Counted from the stretch's first letter, positions 24,987 to 36,026 are shown. The stretch: DNA of 42,903 nucleotides from Deltaproteobacteria bacterium (GCA_012517775.1 JAAYUJ010000381.1:1-42903), one strand, 5' to 3'. The notes: generated by a model from the letters alone, not told the origin. Numbers and translations are program-made.

Positions 24987-25973
24987 TTACATCCTGAAAC
25001 TGACCACAGTAAAATGGTCAATCCCCCAGAACACGAGCAAATGAAACGAGACTGCCATGACTCCAAGGGCAACCCATGCCATCGTGAGTCTACTTCCACA
25101 CAAATTCTTCTCCATGCGGTCCCTCAGCAGGTAGAGACTGCTCGCCATGGCATAACACTCCACGGCAAACGGCGGGAACCCCAAGAAGCCCAGTAAGGGC
25201 ATTTCGAAAATCTTGAGAAAGCCAAAGAACGGAATAGTATAGCACCATTTTGACCCCGCCCAGTAGTTCCAGATCTCCCAGAGAAACCCGCAGACAGAAC
25301 CGGCAATGAGCAAGAGGACCATCTGGCGGGGAGATCCGTTCTGGAGGTCTCGCAGCAGGGAGACTCCTCTGAATCGATGGTTGATAGGTTCCAGTAGAAA
25401 GATGAAAGCCAGCCAGACGAAGGGGAAGAAGAACCTGGGCCAGACGACCGGGAAAAGGAGCATGAGTGATCCAGCTGCCAGGAACGGAAGGTAGAGGCGC
25501 TCAGGAGTGCTCAAGGGAGGGCAGCTGATCCTTGAAGCAACTCCCAGATGGTCTAAAAGCCTCTGAGTAGCAAAAATGCCGGGCAACACGGTGGCAAACG
25601 AAATGCCGTACCCCAACCATCTCCATGCGCGGTGTACCACGATCTCCAGATACTCCCAGTTGTTCAGTCGGAAGTTCAATACCTCAAAGATCAGCCAAAC
25701 CGTCACGGACATCGGGAACTGAAGAATGAATCTCTCTCTGCTTCCGATAAGCGATAACGAGGAATGCCTGCAGAGCAGGAAGGACTCAATCGAAACGATG
25801 TAGCTCCACCACGCAAAGCAATAATACCATGAGTAGAAGGGCTCCTCTCGCATCAACATTTTCTTCGTGGCAATCAAAAAGACGAGAGCAGCCGCAACCA
25901 TAGAAAGGCAGCCGATCCAGGTATCATGACGCAATCGATTCATAAGGCATTCTGCCTGGTTCTGCTCAACCAT
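24987..25973 (-). CDS. Hypothetical polytopic membrane protein (about 8-9 TM), unknown family
   Basis: The ORF is long and hydrophobic with multiple 20-aa apolar segments. The ATG at 25973 is preceded by AAGGA 4 nt upstream, and the track start at 26054 adds a polar extension. It is co-directional with rimO. I recognise no family. Confidence 0.6.
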   Translation of the reverse strand: MVEQNQAECLMNRLRHDTWIGCLSMVAAALVFLIATKKMLMREEPFYSWYYCFAWWSYIVSIESFLLCRHSSLSLIGSRERFILQFPMSVTVWLIFEVLNFRLNNWEYLEIVVHRAWRWLGYGISFATVLPGIFATQRLLDHLGVASRISCPPLSTPERLYLPFLAAGSLMLLFPVVWPRFFFPFVWLAFIFLLEPINHRFRGVSLLRDLQNGSPRQMVLLLIAGSVCGFLWEIWNYWAGSKWCYTIPFFGFLKIFEMPLLGFLGFPPFAVECYAMASSLYLLRDRMEKNLCGSRLTMAWVALGVMAVSFHLLVFWGIDHFTVVSFRM

Positions 25974-26261
25974 AGATCCTTTTCTACCACCTGTTTCATT
26001 TCGGTGGAGTCTTTTGAGTGTCCTTGCTTCATATCCCCAAAAAACAGAGATCACCTATTGCGGCAATGAATATGTTAGGGCATAAATGGAAGTTTACGAG
26101 AGATCGATTCATATTACGAGCCATGGGGGAGTGGCCTGCGATTCTTGCCACCGCGACTGCTTTCGCACCCTATCACACAGCGCAGGTCAGCTTCCCGCCC
26201 CATTCAGGCACACAAATGCGACTTCGATCAAACCGCGGAATCTGCAAAAAGCGCTCTCATA

Positions 26262-26290
26262 GTAGGAAATGTATTTGCTCATGATATAAT
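26262..26290 (+). promoter_or_regulatory. Candidate promoter with extended -10 (TGaTATAAT)
   Basis: A perfect TATAAT at 26285-26290 is preceded by TG at 26282-26283. The -35 is weak (GTAGGA, 26262-26267). It points toward the small Cys-rich ORF. Confidence 0.4.
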
Positions 26291-26356
26291 CATTCCGGTT
26301 CGTTCGGGGAGGATGCGCCCCGAAATTCTCTTCAAGCCACCAAGGAGAAAGATAGT

Positions 26357-26578
26357 ATGCCAAAGGAAAGAGCCTGTCGTGGGCTTTCACTCAACACAGA
26401 CAAGAGCGGCAAGCATTCTCCCAACCCATCCATGTGCAAGGAGGGAAAAGGAATGCGAAACTTCGCCTGCCAGTATTATGATACCTGTCTGGACAAAGCC
26501 GCAAAAGCCATGTGGAGCGGTTTTACATGCAAGGAATGCCCTTTGCACCACCAGAGAGAGGAGGAACCCATATCCTGA
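26357..26578 (+). CDS. Small Cys-rich protein of unknown function (73 aa, or 41 aa from the internal start at 26453)
   Basis: Two in-frame ATGs each have an SD: AAGGAG 9 nt before 26357, and GGAGGG 8-9 nt before 26453. The conserved-looking core is MRNFACQYYDTCLDKAAKAMWSGFTCKECPL (C-x5-C...C-x2-C). The ORF ends 22 nt before a strong hairpin. Confidence 0.45.
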   Translation: MPKERACRGLSLNTDKSGKHSPNPSMCKEGKGMRNFACQYYDTCLDKAAKAMWSGFTCKECPLHHQREEEPIS

Positions 26579-26600
26579 CAGGCCGGGCTGTCATCCTTTC

Positions 26601-26642
26601 CATAACGCAAACAACCCGCCGTGGCGGGTTGTTTGCGTTATG
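26601..26642. terminator. Long perfect hairpin between convergent genes (putative bidirectional terminator)
   Basis: CATAACGCAAACAACCCGC-cgtg-GCGGGTTGTTTGCGTTATG forms a 19-bp perfect stem. It lies 36 nt past the rplQ stop and 22 nt past the small ORF stop. There is no clear U tract on either side. Confidence 0.6.
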
Positions 26643-26677
26643 GAAACATCTTCCTGTCTTCTCCAGCGTATGTACTG

Positions 26678-27145
26678 CTAATCGCCGCCCTCCGCTGAAG
26701 GCGGCATCGAAGGCACGGGGGGGGTTGTAGGCTGAGTTCCAGCCTGGGGCTCAAGTGGCTTTGCCTTTGGTTTCCGGGCACCCTGGGGGGTACCTGTCAC
26801 CAGTTCGACCAGGCACATCGGAGCCGCATCCCCTCGCCGATATCCAACCTTGACCATCCTGGTGTACCCACCCTGGCGATCCTGGTATCGGGGACCCAGT
26901 TCCCCAAACAGCTTGTATACGACGTCCTTGTCCCTGACAAATGCAAGTGCCTGTCGACGCGCGTGCAGATCCCCGCGCTTACCAAGGGTGATCAGCCAGT
27001 CTCCCCACCTGCGCATCTCCTTCCCTTTTGGCACGGTTGTAAAGATTCGCTCATGCTTCAGCAAAGAGGTTGTCATATTCCTGAACATGGCAAACCGGTG
27101 GCTTGTCGTGCGATTCAACTTTCTGCCCGAAACTCCGTGGCGCAT
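26678..27145 (-). CDS. rplQ: 50S ribosomal protein L17
   Basis: [24 protein letters not shown]... is a canonical L17 N-terminus. The protein is 155 aa with a Pro/Ala-rich C-terminal tail. Confidence 0.95.
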   Translation of the reverse strand: MRHGVSGRKLNRTTSHRFAMFRNMTTSLLKHERIFTTVPKGKEMRRWGDWLITLGKRGDLHARRQALAFVRDKDVVYKLFGELGPRYQDRQGGYTRMVKVGYRRGDAAPMCLVELVTGTPQGARKPKAKPLEPQAGTQPTTPPVPSMPPSAEGGD

Positions 27146-27147
27146 GA

Positions 27148-28155
27148 CTATTCCTGTTCCTTTCTTCTCTCTTCAATCTCTTCGCGGCTCGGAAAGCTTT
27201 CCAGTTTCATCCCCAGGGATAGACCCATTTCCGCCAGAATTTCCTTGATTTCATTCAGGGACTTCCGACCGAAATTCTTTGTTTTGAGCATTTCGGCCTC
27301 GGTCTTTTGCACCAATTCGCCAATATAACGGATATCCGCGTTCTTGAGACAATTGGCAGATCGGACAGAAAGCTCCAATTCATCCACACTTCGAAAAAGA
27401 TTCTCATTGAACGCCGGTTCCATGCGAACTTCTTCTTCTTGTGCCTCCACCTCTTCTTCGAAGTTGATGAATATGCTCAATTGATCCTTGAGTATCTTTG
27501 CCGCGTACGCAAGGGCATCGTCAGGTTTCAAACTGCCGTCTGTCCAAATCTCCATGGCAAGCTTGTCGTAGTCCGTGATTTGTCCTACGCGTGCTTGAGT
27601 CACAGTGTAGCTGACTTTGCGCACCGGCGAAAATACCGCGTCAATCGGGATCGTACCAATGGGCTGAAACTCGTCGCCATTTCTTTCAGCAGGCAGATAG
27701 CCTTTCCCTTGCCTTACGCTCAGCTCCATGCGCAGCTTGGCGTCCTTTTCCAGAGTGCAAATGTGCTGTTGAGGATTCAGCACTTCAACAAGAGGATTCT
27801 CGTGTATATCACCGGCAGTCACACACCCGTCGCCTTCTTTTTCAATGACAAGCGTTCGCGGGCCCTCTCCATGAACCCTCAAGCGGACTTCTTTCAGATT
27901 GAGAATGATATCCGTTACGTCCTCCATCACGCCGGGTACTGTTGAGAATTCGTGAAGCACACCATCGATTTTCACCGTAGTGATAGCGGCTCCCTGAAGT
28001 GAGGACAACAAAACGCGTCGAAGGGCATTGCCCAAGGTAATTCCAAAGCCGCGCTCCAGCGGCTCACACTCGAATTTCGCATATGTATCGGGGCGCCCCT
28101 TGGTTTCAATTTCCAAGCGCTTGGGTTTGATCAATTCGCGCCAGTTCTTTTGCAT
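27148..28155 (-). CDS. rpoA: DNA-directed RNA polymerase subunit alpha
   Basis: 335 aa. The N-terminus [32 protein letters not shown] and the C-terminal domain [24 protein letters not shown] are typical of RpoA. Confidence 0.97.
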   Translation of the reverse strand: MQKNWRELIKPKRLEIETKGRPDTYAKFECEPLERGFGITLGNALRRVLLSSLQGAAITTVKIDGVLHEFSTVPGVMEDVTDIILNLKEVRLRVHGEGPRTLVIEKEGDGCVTAGDIHENPLVEVLNPQQHICTLEKDAKLRMELSVRQGKGYLPAERNGDEFQPIGTIPIDAVFSPVRKVSYTVTQARVGQITDYDKLAMEIWTDGSLKPDDALAYAAKILKDQLSIFINFEEEVEAQEEEVRMEPAFNENLFRSVDELELSVRSANCLKNADIRYIGELVQKTEAEMLKTKNFGRKSLNEIKEILAEMGLSLGMKLESFPSREEIEERRKEQE

Positions 28156-28282
28156 AGCCTTTCCTCATGTGGAGAGGTCACCTGCTAATCCATTGATCCG
28201 ATGAGACAGAAGCAGCCTTCCATCAAGAACATAAAAGATCCACTGCTCTTCGTCCAGGAAGGCCTCAGAGGGTATTCTCCGC

Positions 28283-28909
28283 TTACTTGGAGTAGAACTC
28301 CACGACCAGTTGCTCTTGAACAGGAAGGTTCATTTCCTCCCGGGTCGGCATGGTCTTAAAAATTCCCTCAAAGTTCGCCTTGTCGAGCTCCAGCCACGCA
28401 GGTACCCCTCTGCGGGGCACAGCTTCCAGAGCCTCATTGATTACGGCCACATTCCTGCAATTCTCTCGCACACTGACCCTGTCTCCAGGCCGGAGAAGAT
28501 AAGAGGGGATATTCACTTTCCGGCCGTTAACCAGGAAGTGATTGTGCCGCACCAGTTGACGTGCCTGATCCCGTGAACTGGCAAAACCCAACCGATAAAC
28601 GGTGTTGTCAAGACGCCGTTCGAGCAGCACGAGGAAGTTGGTCCCAGTAACCCCCTTCTGACGGTCGGCTTCCTTGAAGTACGTTTTGAACTGCTTTTCC
28701 ATCAAGCCATACATTCTCTTGATCTTTTGCTTTTCTCTCAACTGAAGCCCGTAGTCAGAAAGCTTTCCTCTGTTTTGGCCGTGTTGTCCCGGAGGAAAAT
28801 TGCGGCGCTCCACAGCACACTTGTCCGAGTAGCAACGGTCACCTTTCAAATACAGTTTCATGGTTTCTCGCCGACAGATGCGGCAGTTCAAACCGGTATA
28901 GCGGGCCAA
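28283..28909 (-). CDS. rpsD: 30S ribosomal protein S4
   Basis: (M)[25 protein letters not shown]... The TTG start at 28909-28907 is preceded by AAGGAGG 7 nt upstream and gives 208 aa. The track start at 28948 is an extension. Confidence 0.95.
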   Translation of the reverse strand: MARYTGLNCRICRRETMKLYLKGDRCYSDKCAVERRNFPPGQHGQNRGKLSDYGLQLREKQKIKRMYGLMEKQFKTYFKEADRQKGVTGTNFLVLLERRLDNTVYRLGFASSRDQARQLVRHNHFLVNGRKVNIPSYLLRPGDRVSVRENCRNVAVINEALEAVPRRGVPAWLELDKANFEGIFKTMPTREEMNLPVQEQLVVEFYSK

Positions 28910-28987
28910 TGGTTGTCCTCCTTTTCGATACTCCTGCGATCCGGACAATCCGGATAATCTATAAAAAGATATGGAAACCCAAAGAGC

Positions 28988-29380
28988 TCACACCCGCCGG
29001 CGCTTCGGTGGTCTGCAGCCATTGTGAGGAATCGGGGTCACATCCTTGATGATCGTAATGTTGAAGCCGGCTGCCTGCAAAGCCCGTAGCGCAGCCTCAC
29101 GACCCGAACCAGGCCCCTTGACATACACCTCGATGTTTTGCAGACCATGCTCCATGGCTTTCTTCGCTGCGATTTCCGCAGCCACTTGGGCGGCAAAGGG
29201 CGTGCTCTTTCGCGATCCCTTGAACCCCTGACTTCCGGCGCTTGACCACGCTATGGCATTCCCACTGGTATCGGTGATCGTTACGATAGTGTTGTTGAAG
29301 GTGGACCGAATATGTGCGATGCCATTCAAAATATTCTTGCGTTCCTTCTTCTTGCGCGACGCAGTTCTCTCCCTGGCCAT
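28988..29380 (-). CDS. rpsK: 30S ribosomal protein S11
   Basis: 130 aa. [30 protein letters not shown]...[16 protein letters not shown]. Confidence 0.97.
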   Translation of the reverse strand: MARERTASRKKKERKNILNGIAHIRSTFNNTIVTITDTSGNAIAWSSAGSQGFKGSRKSTPFAAQVAAEIAAKKAMEHGLQNIEVYVKGPGSGREAALRALQAAGFNITIIKDVTPIPHNGCRPPKRRRV

Positions 29381-29392
29381 GCTCCCTCCGAT

Positions 29393-29767
29393 TTATGCTT
29401 TCTTCCGCTTGCCCATGATGGATCGACGTGGACCCTTTCGAGTCCGCGCATTCGTATGCGTCCTCTGGCCATGAACAGGCAATCCCTTACGGTGCCGCAA
29501 CCCACGGTAACACCCGAGATCCATGAGCCTCTTGATGTTCATGGAGACTTCCGTGCGCAAGTCTCCCTCAACCTTATATTGGGTGTCAATCACCTGTCTG
29601 ATGGCGTTCACTTCGCTCTCGGCCAGATCATCGCTCTTCGTGCTCCAATTGACGTTGGCCTGGTTGAGGATCTTCTGCGCTGTAGCTCGCCCGATCCCGT
29701 AAATGTACGTCAAGGCAATCTCAACGCGCTTGTTCTTGGGTAGGTCAATGCCTGCAATGCGTGCCAA
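29393..29767 (-). CDS. rpsM: 30S ribosomal protein S13
   Basis: [26 protein letters not shown]... TTG start with GGAGG upstream. Confidence 0.97.
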   Translation of the reverse strand: MARIAGIDLPKNKRVEIALTYIYGIGRATAQKILNQANVNWSTKSDDLAESEVNAIRQVIDTQYKVEGDLRTEVSMNIKRLMDLGCYRGLRHRKGLPVHGQRTHTNARTRKGPRRSIMGKRKKA

Positions 29768-29782
29768 TGCCGATTCCTCCGA

Positions 29783-29896
29783 TTAACCTTGTCTTTGCTT
29801 ATGCCTTGGATTCTCACAAATCACACGTACCGTGCCGTGACGCCGAATGATTTTACACTTGCGACAGATGCGCTTGACCGAAGCTCTCACTTTCAT
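29783..29896 (-). CDS. rpmJ: 50S ribosomal protein L36
   Basis: Hand translation of the minus strand gives [37 protein letters not shown] (37 aa). It is too short to appear in the ORF track. Confidence 0.92.
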   Translation of the reverse strand: MKVRASVKRICRKCKIIRRHGTVRVICENPRHKQRQG

Positions 29897-29932
29897 CGTT
29901 TCTGCTCCCTCTTGAGAACCGGCTGGGAGTCG

Positions 29933-30154
29933 CTAGGATTTGGATCGATAAGTAATGCGCCCGCGGTTCAGGTCATATGGGGACAATTCCACCGTCACCT
30001 TATCGCCGGGAAGGATTCTAATAAAATGCATGCGCATCTTCCCCGATATATGTGCCAGGATCCTGTGACCGTTGGGCAATTCAACGCGAAACATGGCGTT
30101 GGGAAGAGTCTCAACGACAGTACCCTCAACCTCAATGACGTCTTCTTTAGCCAT
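29933..30154 (-). CDS. infA: Translation initiation factor IF-1
   Basis: [70 protein letters not shown]. Confidence 0.97.
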   Translation of the reverse strand: MAKEDVIEVEGTVVETLPNAMFRVELPNGHRILAHISGKMRMHFIRILPGDKVTVELSPYDLNRGRITYRSKS

Positions 30155-30178
30155 GCTCTTGAGTCTCTCCTTGCGCTC

Positions 30179-30994
30179 TCAATGAGCCAGTCTCTGATTA
30201 TCCCTGTTGCATGCTCCACTTGGTTGTCCGAAGACACCGAGACTTCCGTGCCTCGTCAGTATATCCGGTCCATTGCGTGTGATTGCGATGGTATGCTCAA
30301 AGTGAGCCGAAAGCTTACGGTCTGATGTAACGGCAGTCCACTGGTCACCCAGAATCTCGACTTCCGGGCCGCCCTGGTTGATCATCGGCTCAATGGCAAA
30401 TACCATCCCCTCTTTTAGCTTGACTCCTTTTCCGGGAGGCCCGTAATTGGGGATCTGAGGGCTTTCGTGAAGCTGTTGGCCGATGCCGTGCCCGACAAAC
30501 TCCCTCACCACCGTGTAATGGCGTTTTTCCACATAGTCCTGAATGGCGTGGGATATGTCAGAGAGACGATTCCCTACAACCGCCTGCCTGATGCCTTCGT
30601 ACAGGGACTCCTCAGTTACGGCACAGAGCCTTCTGGCTTCCTCATCGATTCTGCCGACGGGCAAGGTCATGGCGGCATCACCATAGTAACCGTCATAGAC
30701 GACCCCGAAGTCAATGCTGATGATATCTCCCTCCTTCAAATGGCGCTTCTTGGATGGCATTCCATGGACCACCTCCTCGTTCACCGAGGTGCAGAGGGCA
30801 AAGGGATATCCATGATACCCTTTGAAAGCCGGCTTCGCCTTTCTTTTTTCGGCGAGACTCTCGCTCAAGAGGTTCAACTCCCATGTCGTGACCCCCGGCA
30901 GTACTCGCTCCCGAAGGCGCTGCAGAACCTCAGACACGATGAGACAGGCGCTCCGGATTTTCTCGATCTCTCGCTGTGACCTCAAGACAATCAA
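30179..30994 (-). CDS. map: Type I methionine aminopeptidase
   Basis: 271 aa with metal ligands in the DIISIDFGVVYDGYYGDAA, FVGHGIG, FAIEPM and FEHTIAIT contexts. TTG start. It has a C-terminal extension of about 20 aa. Confidence 0.93.
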   Translation of the reverse strand: MIVLRSQREIEKIRSACLIVSEVLQRLRERVLPGVTTWELNLLSESLAEKRKAKPAFKGYHGYPFALCTSVNEEVVHGMPSKKRHLKEGDIISIDFGVVYDGYYGDAAMTLPVGRIDEEARRLCAVTEESLYEGIRQAVVGNRLSDISHAIQDYVEKRHYTVVREFVGHGIGQQLHESPQIPNYGPPGKGVKLKEGMVFAIEPMINQGGPEVEILGDQWTAVTSDRKLSAHFEHTIAITRNGPDILTRHGSLGVFGQPSGACNRDNQRLAH

Positions 30995-31006
30995 ATACTG
31001 AACCCT

Positions 31007-31666
<660 letters not shown>

Positions 31667-31752
31667 CTAAAACACCGTCCATAGAAACAAACATGGCCGC
31701 TACGGCTGACTACCCGGTCAACCGGCACCTCGAAAACTGCCGGCTCACCTTC

Positions 31753-33063
31753 CTATCGCCTGCCCCGGAGACGCCCACCCTTGAGAAATCCCTCATAGTG
31801 CCGTGACAACATATGTGCTTCAATCTGACTCAGCGTATCCATTGCAACACCGATGACAATGAGAAGAGCAGTTCCACCAAAATAGAAAGGGACGCTGAAA
31901 CGTTGAATGAGGACGGTGGGCAGGACGCAGACCGCTGAGACATAGATCGCCCCCCCAAGAGTCACCCTCTCCAAAACACGCTCGATGTATTCCGCGGTGG
32001 GCCTTCCAGGGCGAATCCCCGGTATGAATCCTCCGTATTTCTTCATGTTGTCCGCAACATCCAGCGGATTGAAAACGATCGCTGTATAGAAGAAACAAAA
32101 GAAGATAATGAACCCGACATAAAGGAGAAGGTACACCCAGTGGCCGGGGGACAGCGCGTTGGCAAAAGACTGTAACCAGGGAACATCCTTGAAGAAGTTT
32201 GCGACAGTTGCCGGAAACATGATCAAGGATGATGCAAAGATGGGAGGAATTACCCCCGACGTATTGATCTTCAACGGGATGTGGGTATTCTGTCCACCAT
32301 ACACCCTTCTCCCAACAACTCTCTTGGCATACTGAACAGGAATCCTTCTCTGGCCCCGCTCCACATAGATGATAAATGCAACAACCAGCACCATCATCGC
32401 AGTGAGGAAGACAATGATGAAGAGACTCATTTCACCGGCTTTGAAGAGACGCACTGTGCTCTCCAGGGCATTGGGAATCCCTGCAACGATTCCTGCGAAA
32501 ATGATAAGTGAGATCCCATTCCCGATGCCTTTTTCGGTGATCTGTTCACCCAGCCACATGATAAAGGCAGTCCCGGCCGTTAGAGTGATCACCGTGATGA
32601 TACGAAACCCCCATCCCGGGAACAGAACCACCATCTCTCCACCGGGGCCGGTCATTCCCTCCAGTCCCACTGAAATCCCGAAACCCTGAATCAAGCTCAA
32701 AACAACCGTTCCATATCGGGTGTACTGGGTGATCTTCCTCCGCCCGGCTTCGCCCTCCTTGCTCAGCCGCTCCAGATGCGGAATTACCACGGTGAGGAGC
32801 TGAAGAATGATGGATGCACTGATGTAGGGCATGATCCCTAATGCGAACACCGACAACTGGCTTAACGCACCACCTGAAAACATATCGAACAGACCCAGAA
32901 GAGTCCCTTCAGCTGCTTTGAAAAATGCGGCCAAAGCCTGGTTGTTCACACCGGGTGTTGGAATGTGAGCACCGATCCGATAAACCGCCAGGAGGAGAAA
33001 TGTCACTCCAATGCGGCGCTTGAGCTCAGGAATCTTGCCGATATTCTGAAAACCAGTGAGCAC
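31753..33063 (-). CDS. secY: Preprotein translocase subunit SecY
   Basis: 436 aa with 10 TM segments. [32 protein letters not shown] start. Confidence 0.97.
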   Translation of the reverse strand: MLTGFQNIGKIPELKRRIGVTFLLLAVYRIGAHIPTPGVNNQALAAFFKAAEGTLLGLFDMFSGGALSQLSVFALGIMPYISASIILQLLTVVIPHLERLSKEGEAGRRKITQYTRYGTVVLSLIQGFGISVGLEGMTGPGGEMVVLFPGWGFRIITVITLTAGTAFIMWLGEQITEKGIGNGISLIIFAGIVAGIPNALESTVRLFKAGEMSLFIIVFLTAMMVLVVAFIIYVERGQRRIPVQYAKRVVGRRVYGGQNTHIPLKINTSGVIPPIFASSLIMFPATVANFFKDVPWLQSFANALSPGHWVYLLLYVGFIIFFCFFYTAIVFNPLDVADNMKKYGGFIPGIRPGRPTAEYIERVLERVTLGGAIYVSAVCVLPTVLIQRFSVPFYFGGTALLIVIGVAMDTLSQIEAHMLSRHYEGFLKGGRLRGRR

Positions 33064-33066
33064 CCG

Positions 33067-33525
33067 CTATTTCCTCTCTGGAGATGGAATCAACTCTATC
33101 CGTCCACCGGCAGCCTGTACCTTATTGACCGCGGATTCACTCGCTTTGTGGACCTGCACCGTCAAAGCATGGCCGATCTCCCCTTCCCCCAGCAATTTGA
33201 TGCCGTCCTGGAGCTTCCTGACAAGTCCCACATCCATCAACTGCTGTATGCCGACTTCACTCCCGGCTTCGAATCGGGCCAGATCCCCGACGTTCACGAT
33301 GCTGTAGCGCTTCTTGAACCTGTTGGTAAAGCCGCGTTTGGGTATTCTTCGCTGCAACGGCATCTGACCGCCTTCGAACCAGGGAGCGGTCCCTCCACCT
33401 GATCGGGATTTCTGGCCCTTCGTACCGCGCCCCGATGTCATTCCCAAGCCGGAGCCAGCACCCCGCCCGACTCGTTTCTTGCCTGTCCTCGCCCCAGGCT
33501 TAGGGGCCAAGTCTTCCAGTCTCAT
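33067..33525 (-). CDS. rplO: 50S ribosomal protein L15
   Basis: MRLEDLAPKPGARTGKKRVGRGAGSGLGMTSGRGTKGQKSRSGG. Confidence 0.96.
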   Translation of the reverse strand: MRLEDLAPKPGARTGKKRVGRGAGSGLGMTSGRGTKGQKSRSGGGTAPWFEGGQMPLQRRIPKRGFTNRFKKRYSIVNVGDLARFEAGSEVGIQQLMDVGLVRKLQDGIKLLGEGEIGHALTVQVHKASESAVNKVQAAGGRIELIPSPERK

Positions 33526-33560
33526 TTTGTCACCCGTGTCTTCCCAGTGGATAATCGAGA

Positions 33561-33743
33561 TCAGCTCTCACTCACCTCGACCATGTGAACGACCTTCCTG
33601 ATAGCACCCACAATGGTTGGAGTTCCGTAGAGGGTCACCGTTTTATTGAGGCGAGTCAATCCCAGTGCCTGTAGAATCCTGCGCTGCTTCTCAGGTCGGC
33701 CGATTGGGCTGCGCACTAATCTGACTTGAATGGGTTTTGCCAT
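33561..33743 (-). CDS. rpmD: 50S ribosomal protein L30
   Basis: MAKPIQVRLVRSPIGRPEKQRRILQALGLTRLNKTV... (60 aa) starts at the ATG at 33743. The track start at 33926 overlaps rpsE. Confidence 0.93.
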   Translation of the reverse strand: MAKPIQVRLVRSPIGRPEKQRRILQALGLTRLNKTVTLYGTPTIVGAIRKVVHMVEVSES

Positions 33744-33802
33744 AACCAATCCTTCACTGAATCGAGTACCCGGTCTCATGTCGCGCCTGGATTCTCCAAA
33801 GG

Positions 33803-34309
33803 CTACGCGACAATTTCCTGCATGTCCCGACCACGGATCCGTGCAATGCGCTCGGGGCTTCTGAGCTTCCTGAGACCTTCTATTGTGGCCTTCACCACAT
33901 TGTGAGGATTCCTCGAACCGATGCATTTGGTCAGTATGTCGTGAATCCCTACAGCTTCCATAATGGCCCGCACAGCTCCACCCGCGATCACACCCGTACC
34001 CGGGGAGGCCGGCTTGAGCGCCACCGAAGAGGCCCCGAATCTTCCAAGAATTTCGTGAGGGATGGTCCCGTCGGAAATCGGGATATCAATCATGGTCCGC
34101 TTGGCTGATTCCAGCCCCTTGCGGATCGCCTCAGGGACTTCATTGGCTTTTCCCAGGCTGTACCCTATCCGCCCATTTCCATCACCTACCACTACGATAG
34201 CACTGAAGGAGAAGCGGCGACCTCCCTTGACCACCTTGGCAACTCTGCTGATGTGGACGACTTTGTCAATAAGCTGCAACTGGCTTGATTCCATAAACTG
34301 CGACTCCAT
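33803..34309 (-). CDS. rpsE: 30S ribosomal protein S5
   Basis: [48 protein letters not shown]. Confidence 0.96.
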   Translation of the reverse strand: MESQFMESSQLQLIDKVVHISRVAKVVKGGRRFSFSAIVVVGDGNGRIGYSLGKANEVPEAIRKGLESAKRTMIDIPISDGTIPHEILGRFGASSVALKPASPGTGVIAGGAVRAIMEAVGIHDILTKCIGSRNPHNVVKATIEGLRKLRSPERIARIRGRDMQEIVA

Positions 34310-34339
34310 TTGCCTTCATGATCCTGGAATACGGCTTTC

Positions 34340-34711
34340 CTAGAATTCCAGGCCGGCTTGTCTGGCAGCATCCGCCAAGGCCTGAACGCGACCGTGATAA
34401 ATGTAGCCATTTCGATCAAATACCACCCGTAGAATTCCCTGCTCTTTCGCCTTGCGCGCAATGAGCTCACCTACAAGCTTGGCCGACCCCACTTTTCCCT
34501 TTGGTCCCTCCTGTTCCCTGTATTCACTGGACAGGGTCGAAGTGGATACCAGGGTAACCCCTCTCACATCGTCAATGATCTGAGCATATATGTGCTTGTC
34601 ACTGCGGAAAACCGTCAATCGGGGTCTTTCCATAGTCCCATGCAGTTTCCTGCGTATCCGCTTCTTGCGCTTGAGGCGTGCAACTTCGCGTGGATTGGTA
34701 TGGACTGCCAT
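34340..34711 (-). CDS. rplR: 50S ribosomal protein L18
   Basis: [20 protein letters not shown]...[26 protein letters not shown]. Confidence 0.96.
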   Translation of the reverse strand: MAVHTNPREVARLKRKKRIRRKLHGTMERPRLTVFRSDKHIYAQIIDDVRGVTLVSTSTLSSEYREQEGPKGKVGSAKLVGELIARKAKEQGILRVVFDRNGYIYHGRVQALADAARQAGLEF

Positions 34712-34732
34712 TTCTCTGCTCTCCTCTCATCC

Positions 34733-35275
34733 CTATTTCTTGGAACCAGCCTTGCCAACTTTTCGGATGACTCGCTCGTTGGCATAGCGAACACCCTTAC
34801 CCTTGTATGGCTCGACTGCTCTCAAGGCGCGAATCCTGGCAGCTGTCTCTCCCAGGAGTTCCCTGTCAATACCCTCCAGACGAACGAGAGTCTGACGTTC
34901 CACAGTGGCGCTGATCCCATCGGGCAGGACGAAATTAAGGGGATGAGAATAACCCAGAGACAGATTCAGGATGTTACCCTGAACATCCGCACGGTAGCCG
35001 GTTCCCTGTATCTCCAAACCTACAACAAACCCCTGGCTGACACCATGCACCATGTTGTAGACCAGGGCACGAATCAGCCCATGCAATGAACGCCCTTCCC
35101 GGGAATTGTCCTTCCGTTTCACATGAACGGCATCCGGACCCACTTCGATATCGAGCTGAGACGGCATCTGCCGGGACAAGATTCCCTTGGGGCCTTTCAC
35201 GGTCATCAATGAGTCTTCCATAGAAATGCTGACACCCTGGGGTACATTAACAGGCAACTTTCCAACGCGTGACAT
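34733..35275 (-). CDS. rplF: 50S ribosomal protein L6
   Basis: MSRVGKLPVNVPQGVSISMED... starts at the ATG at 35275 and gives 180 aa. The track start at 35326 adds 17 aa. Confidence 0.95.
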   Translation of the reverse strand: MSRVGKLPVNVPQGVSISMEDSLMTVKGPKGILSRQMPSQLDIEVGPDAVHVKRKDNSREGRSLHGLIRALVYNMVHGVSQGFVVGLEIQGTGYRADVQGNILNLSLGYSHPLNFVLPDGISATVERQTLVRLEGIDRELLGETAARIRALRAVEPYKGKGVRYANERVIRKVGKAGSKK

Positions 35276-35326
35276 CTCGTATCCTTTATGCATTTCCGAG
35301 CAACCGAGGACCACGGACCCGGTCAT

Positions 35327-35725
35327 TTACCAGATGGAACAGAGCAGTTCTCCTCCCACTCCTTCCCTGCGGGCATCCCGATCTGTCAAGATCCCCTTCG
35401 AGGTTGAGAGTATGTTCAATCCCAGCCCGTTCATCACCCGTGGAATGTCCTCATGACCCACATATACCCGACAACCGGGACGGCTCACCCGTTTGATCCC
35501 TACAATAGCCCCCTCACGAGCGTCCGTGTATTTGAGCTGAACTCTAAGAATCCCCTGCTTGTTGTCTTTGATCAATTTAAAATTCTTGATATAACCCTCG
35601 TCCTTGAGAATGCGGGCAAGGTTTACCTTCATGCGCGAAGCAGGAACATCCACCCGCTCAAACCGCGCCTTCTGGCCGTTCTTGATGCGATTCATGAAAT
35701 CGGCTACTGGATCCGAAACTGCCAT
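35327..35725 (-). CDS. rpsH: 30S ribosomal protein S8
   Basis: [46 protein letters not shown]. Confidence 0.97.
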   Translation of the reverse strand: MAVSDPVADFMNRIKNGQKARFERVDVPASRMKVNLARILKDEGYIKNFKLIKDNKQGILRVQLKYTDAREGAIVGIKRVSRPGCRVYVGHEDIPRVMNGLGLNILSTSKGILTDRDARREGVGGELLCSIW

Positions 35726-35753
35726 TGAAATACACTCCTTCTCTCTCGCTCAA

Positions 35754-35939
35754 TTACCAGCTTGATTTGATGACACCGGGGAGTTCCCCGCGCAATGCCA
35801 TTGAGCGGAAGCAAATCCGGCAGATGCCAAATTTCCGTATGTACCCACGAGGACGCCCGCAAAGAGGACATCGGTTATAGGCTCTCGAACTGAACTTGGC
35901 GGGACGCTTTGCTTTTGCAATCAGGGACTTCTTGGCCAA
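35754..35939 (-). CDS. rpsN: 30S ribosomal protein S14, type Z (zinc-binding, 61 aa)
   Basis: (M)[44 protein letters not shown]. The TTG start at 35939-35937 is preceded by AAGGAGG 5 nt upstream. The track start at 35960 is an extension. Confidence 0.94.
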   Translation of the reverse strand: MAKKSLIAKAKRPAKFSSRAYNRCPLCGRPRGYIRKFGICRICFRSMALRGELPGVIKSSW

Positions 35940-36026
35940 TCTTGCCTCCTTCTTTGACACGTCTGCTCCCGCAGAAAACCTGCGAACCCAAAAAGGTCAG
36001 GAATCCACGGTCACACCTTCTGTCGC

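Noticed and set aside
26187-26390. A 67-aa minus-strand ORF in the spacer upstream of the small Cys-rich gene.
   Set aside because: It overlaps the strong plus-strand promoter and leader. Its internal ATG coincides with the complement of the -10 region. It has no SD or recognisable motif.
29789-30325. A 178-aa plus-strand ORF covering the rpmJ-infA-map junction.
   Set aside because: It is antisense to three highly conserved genes (L36, IF-1, Map). It is a shadow ORF.
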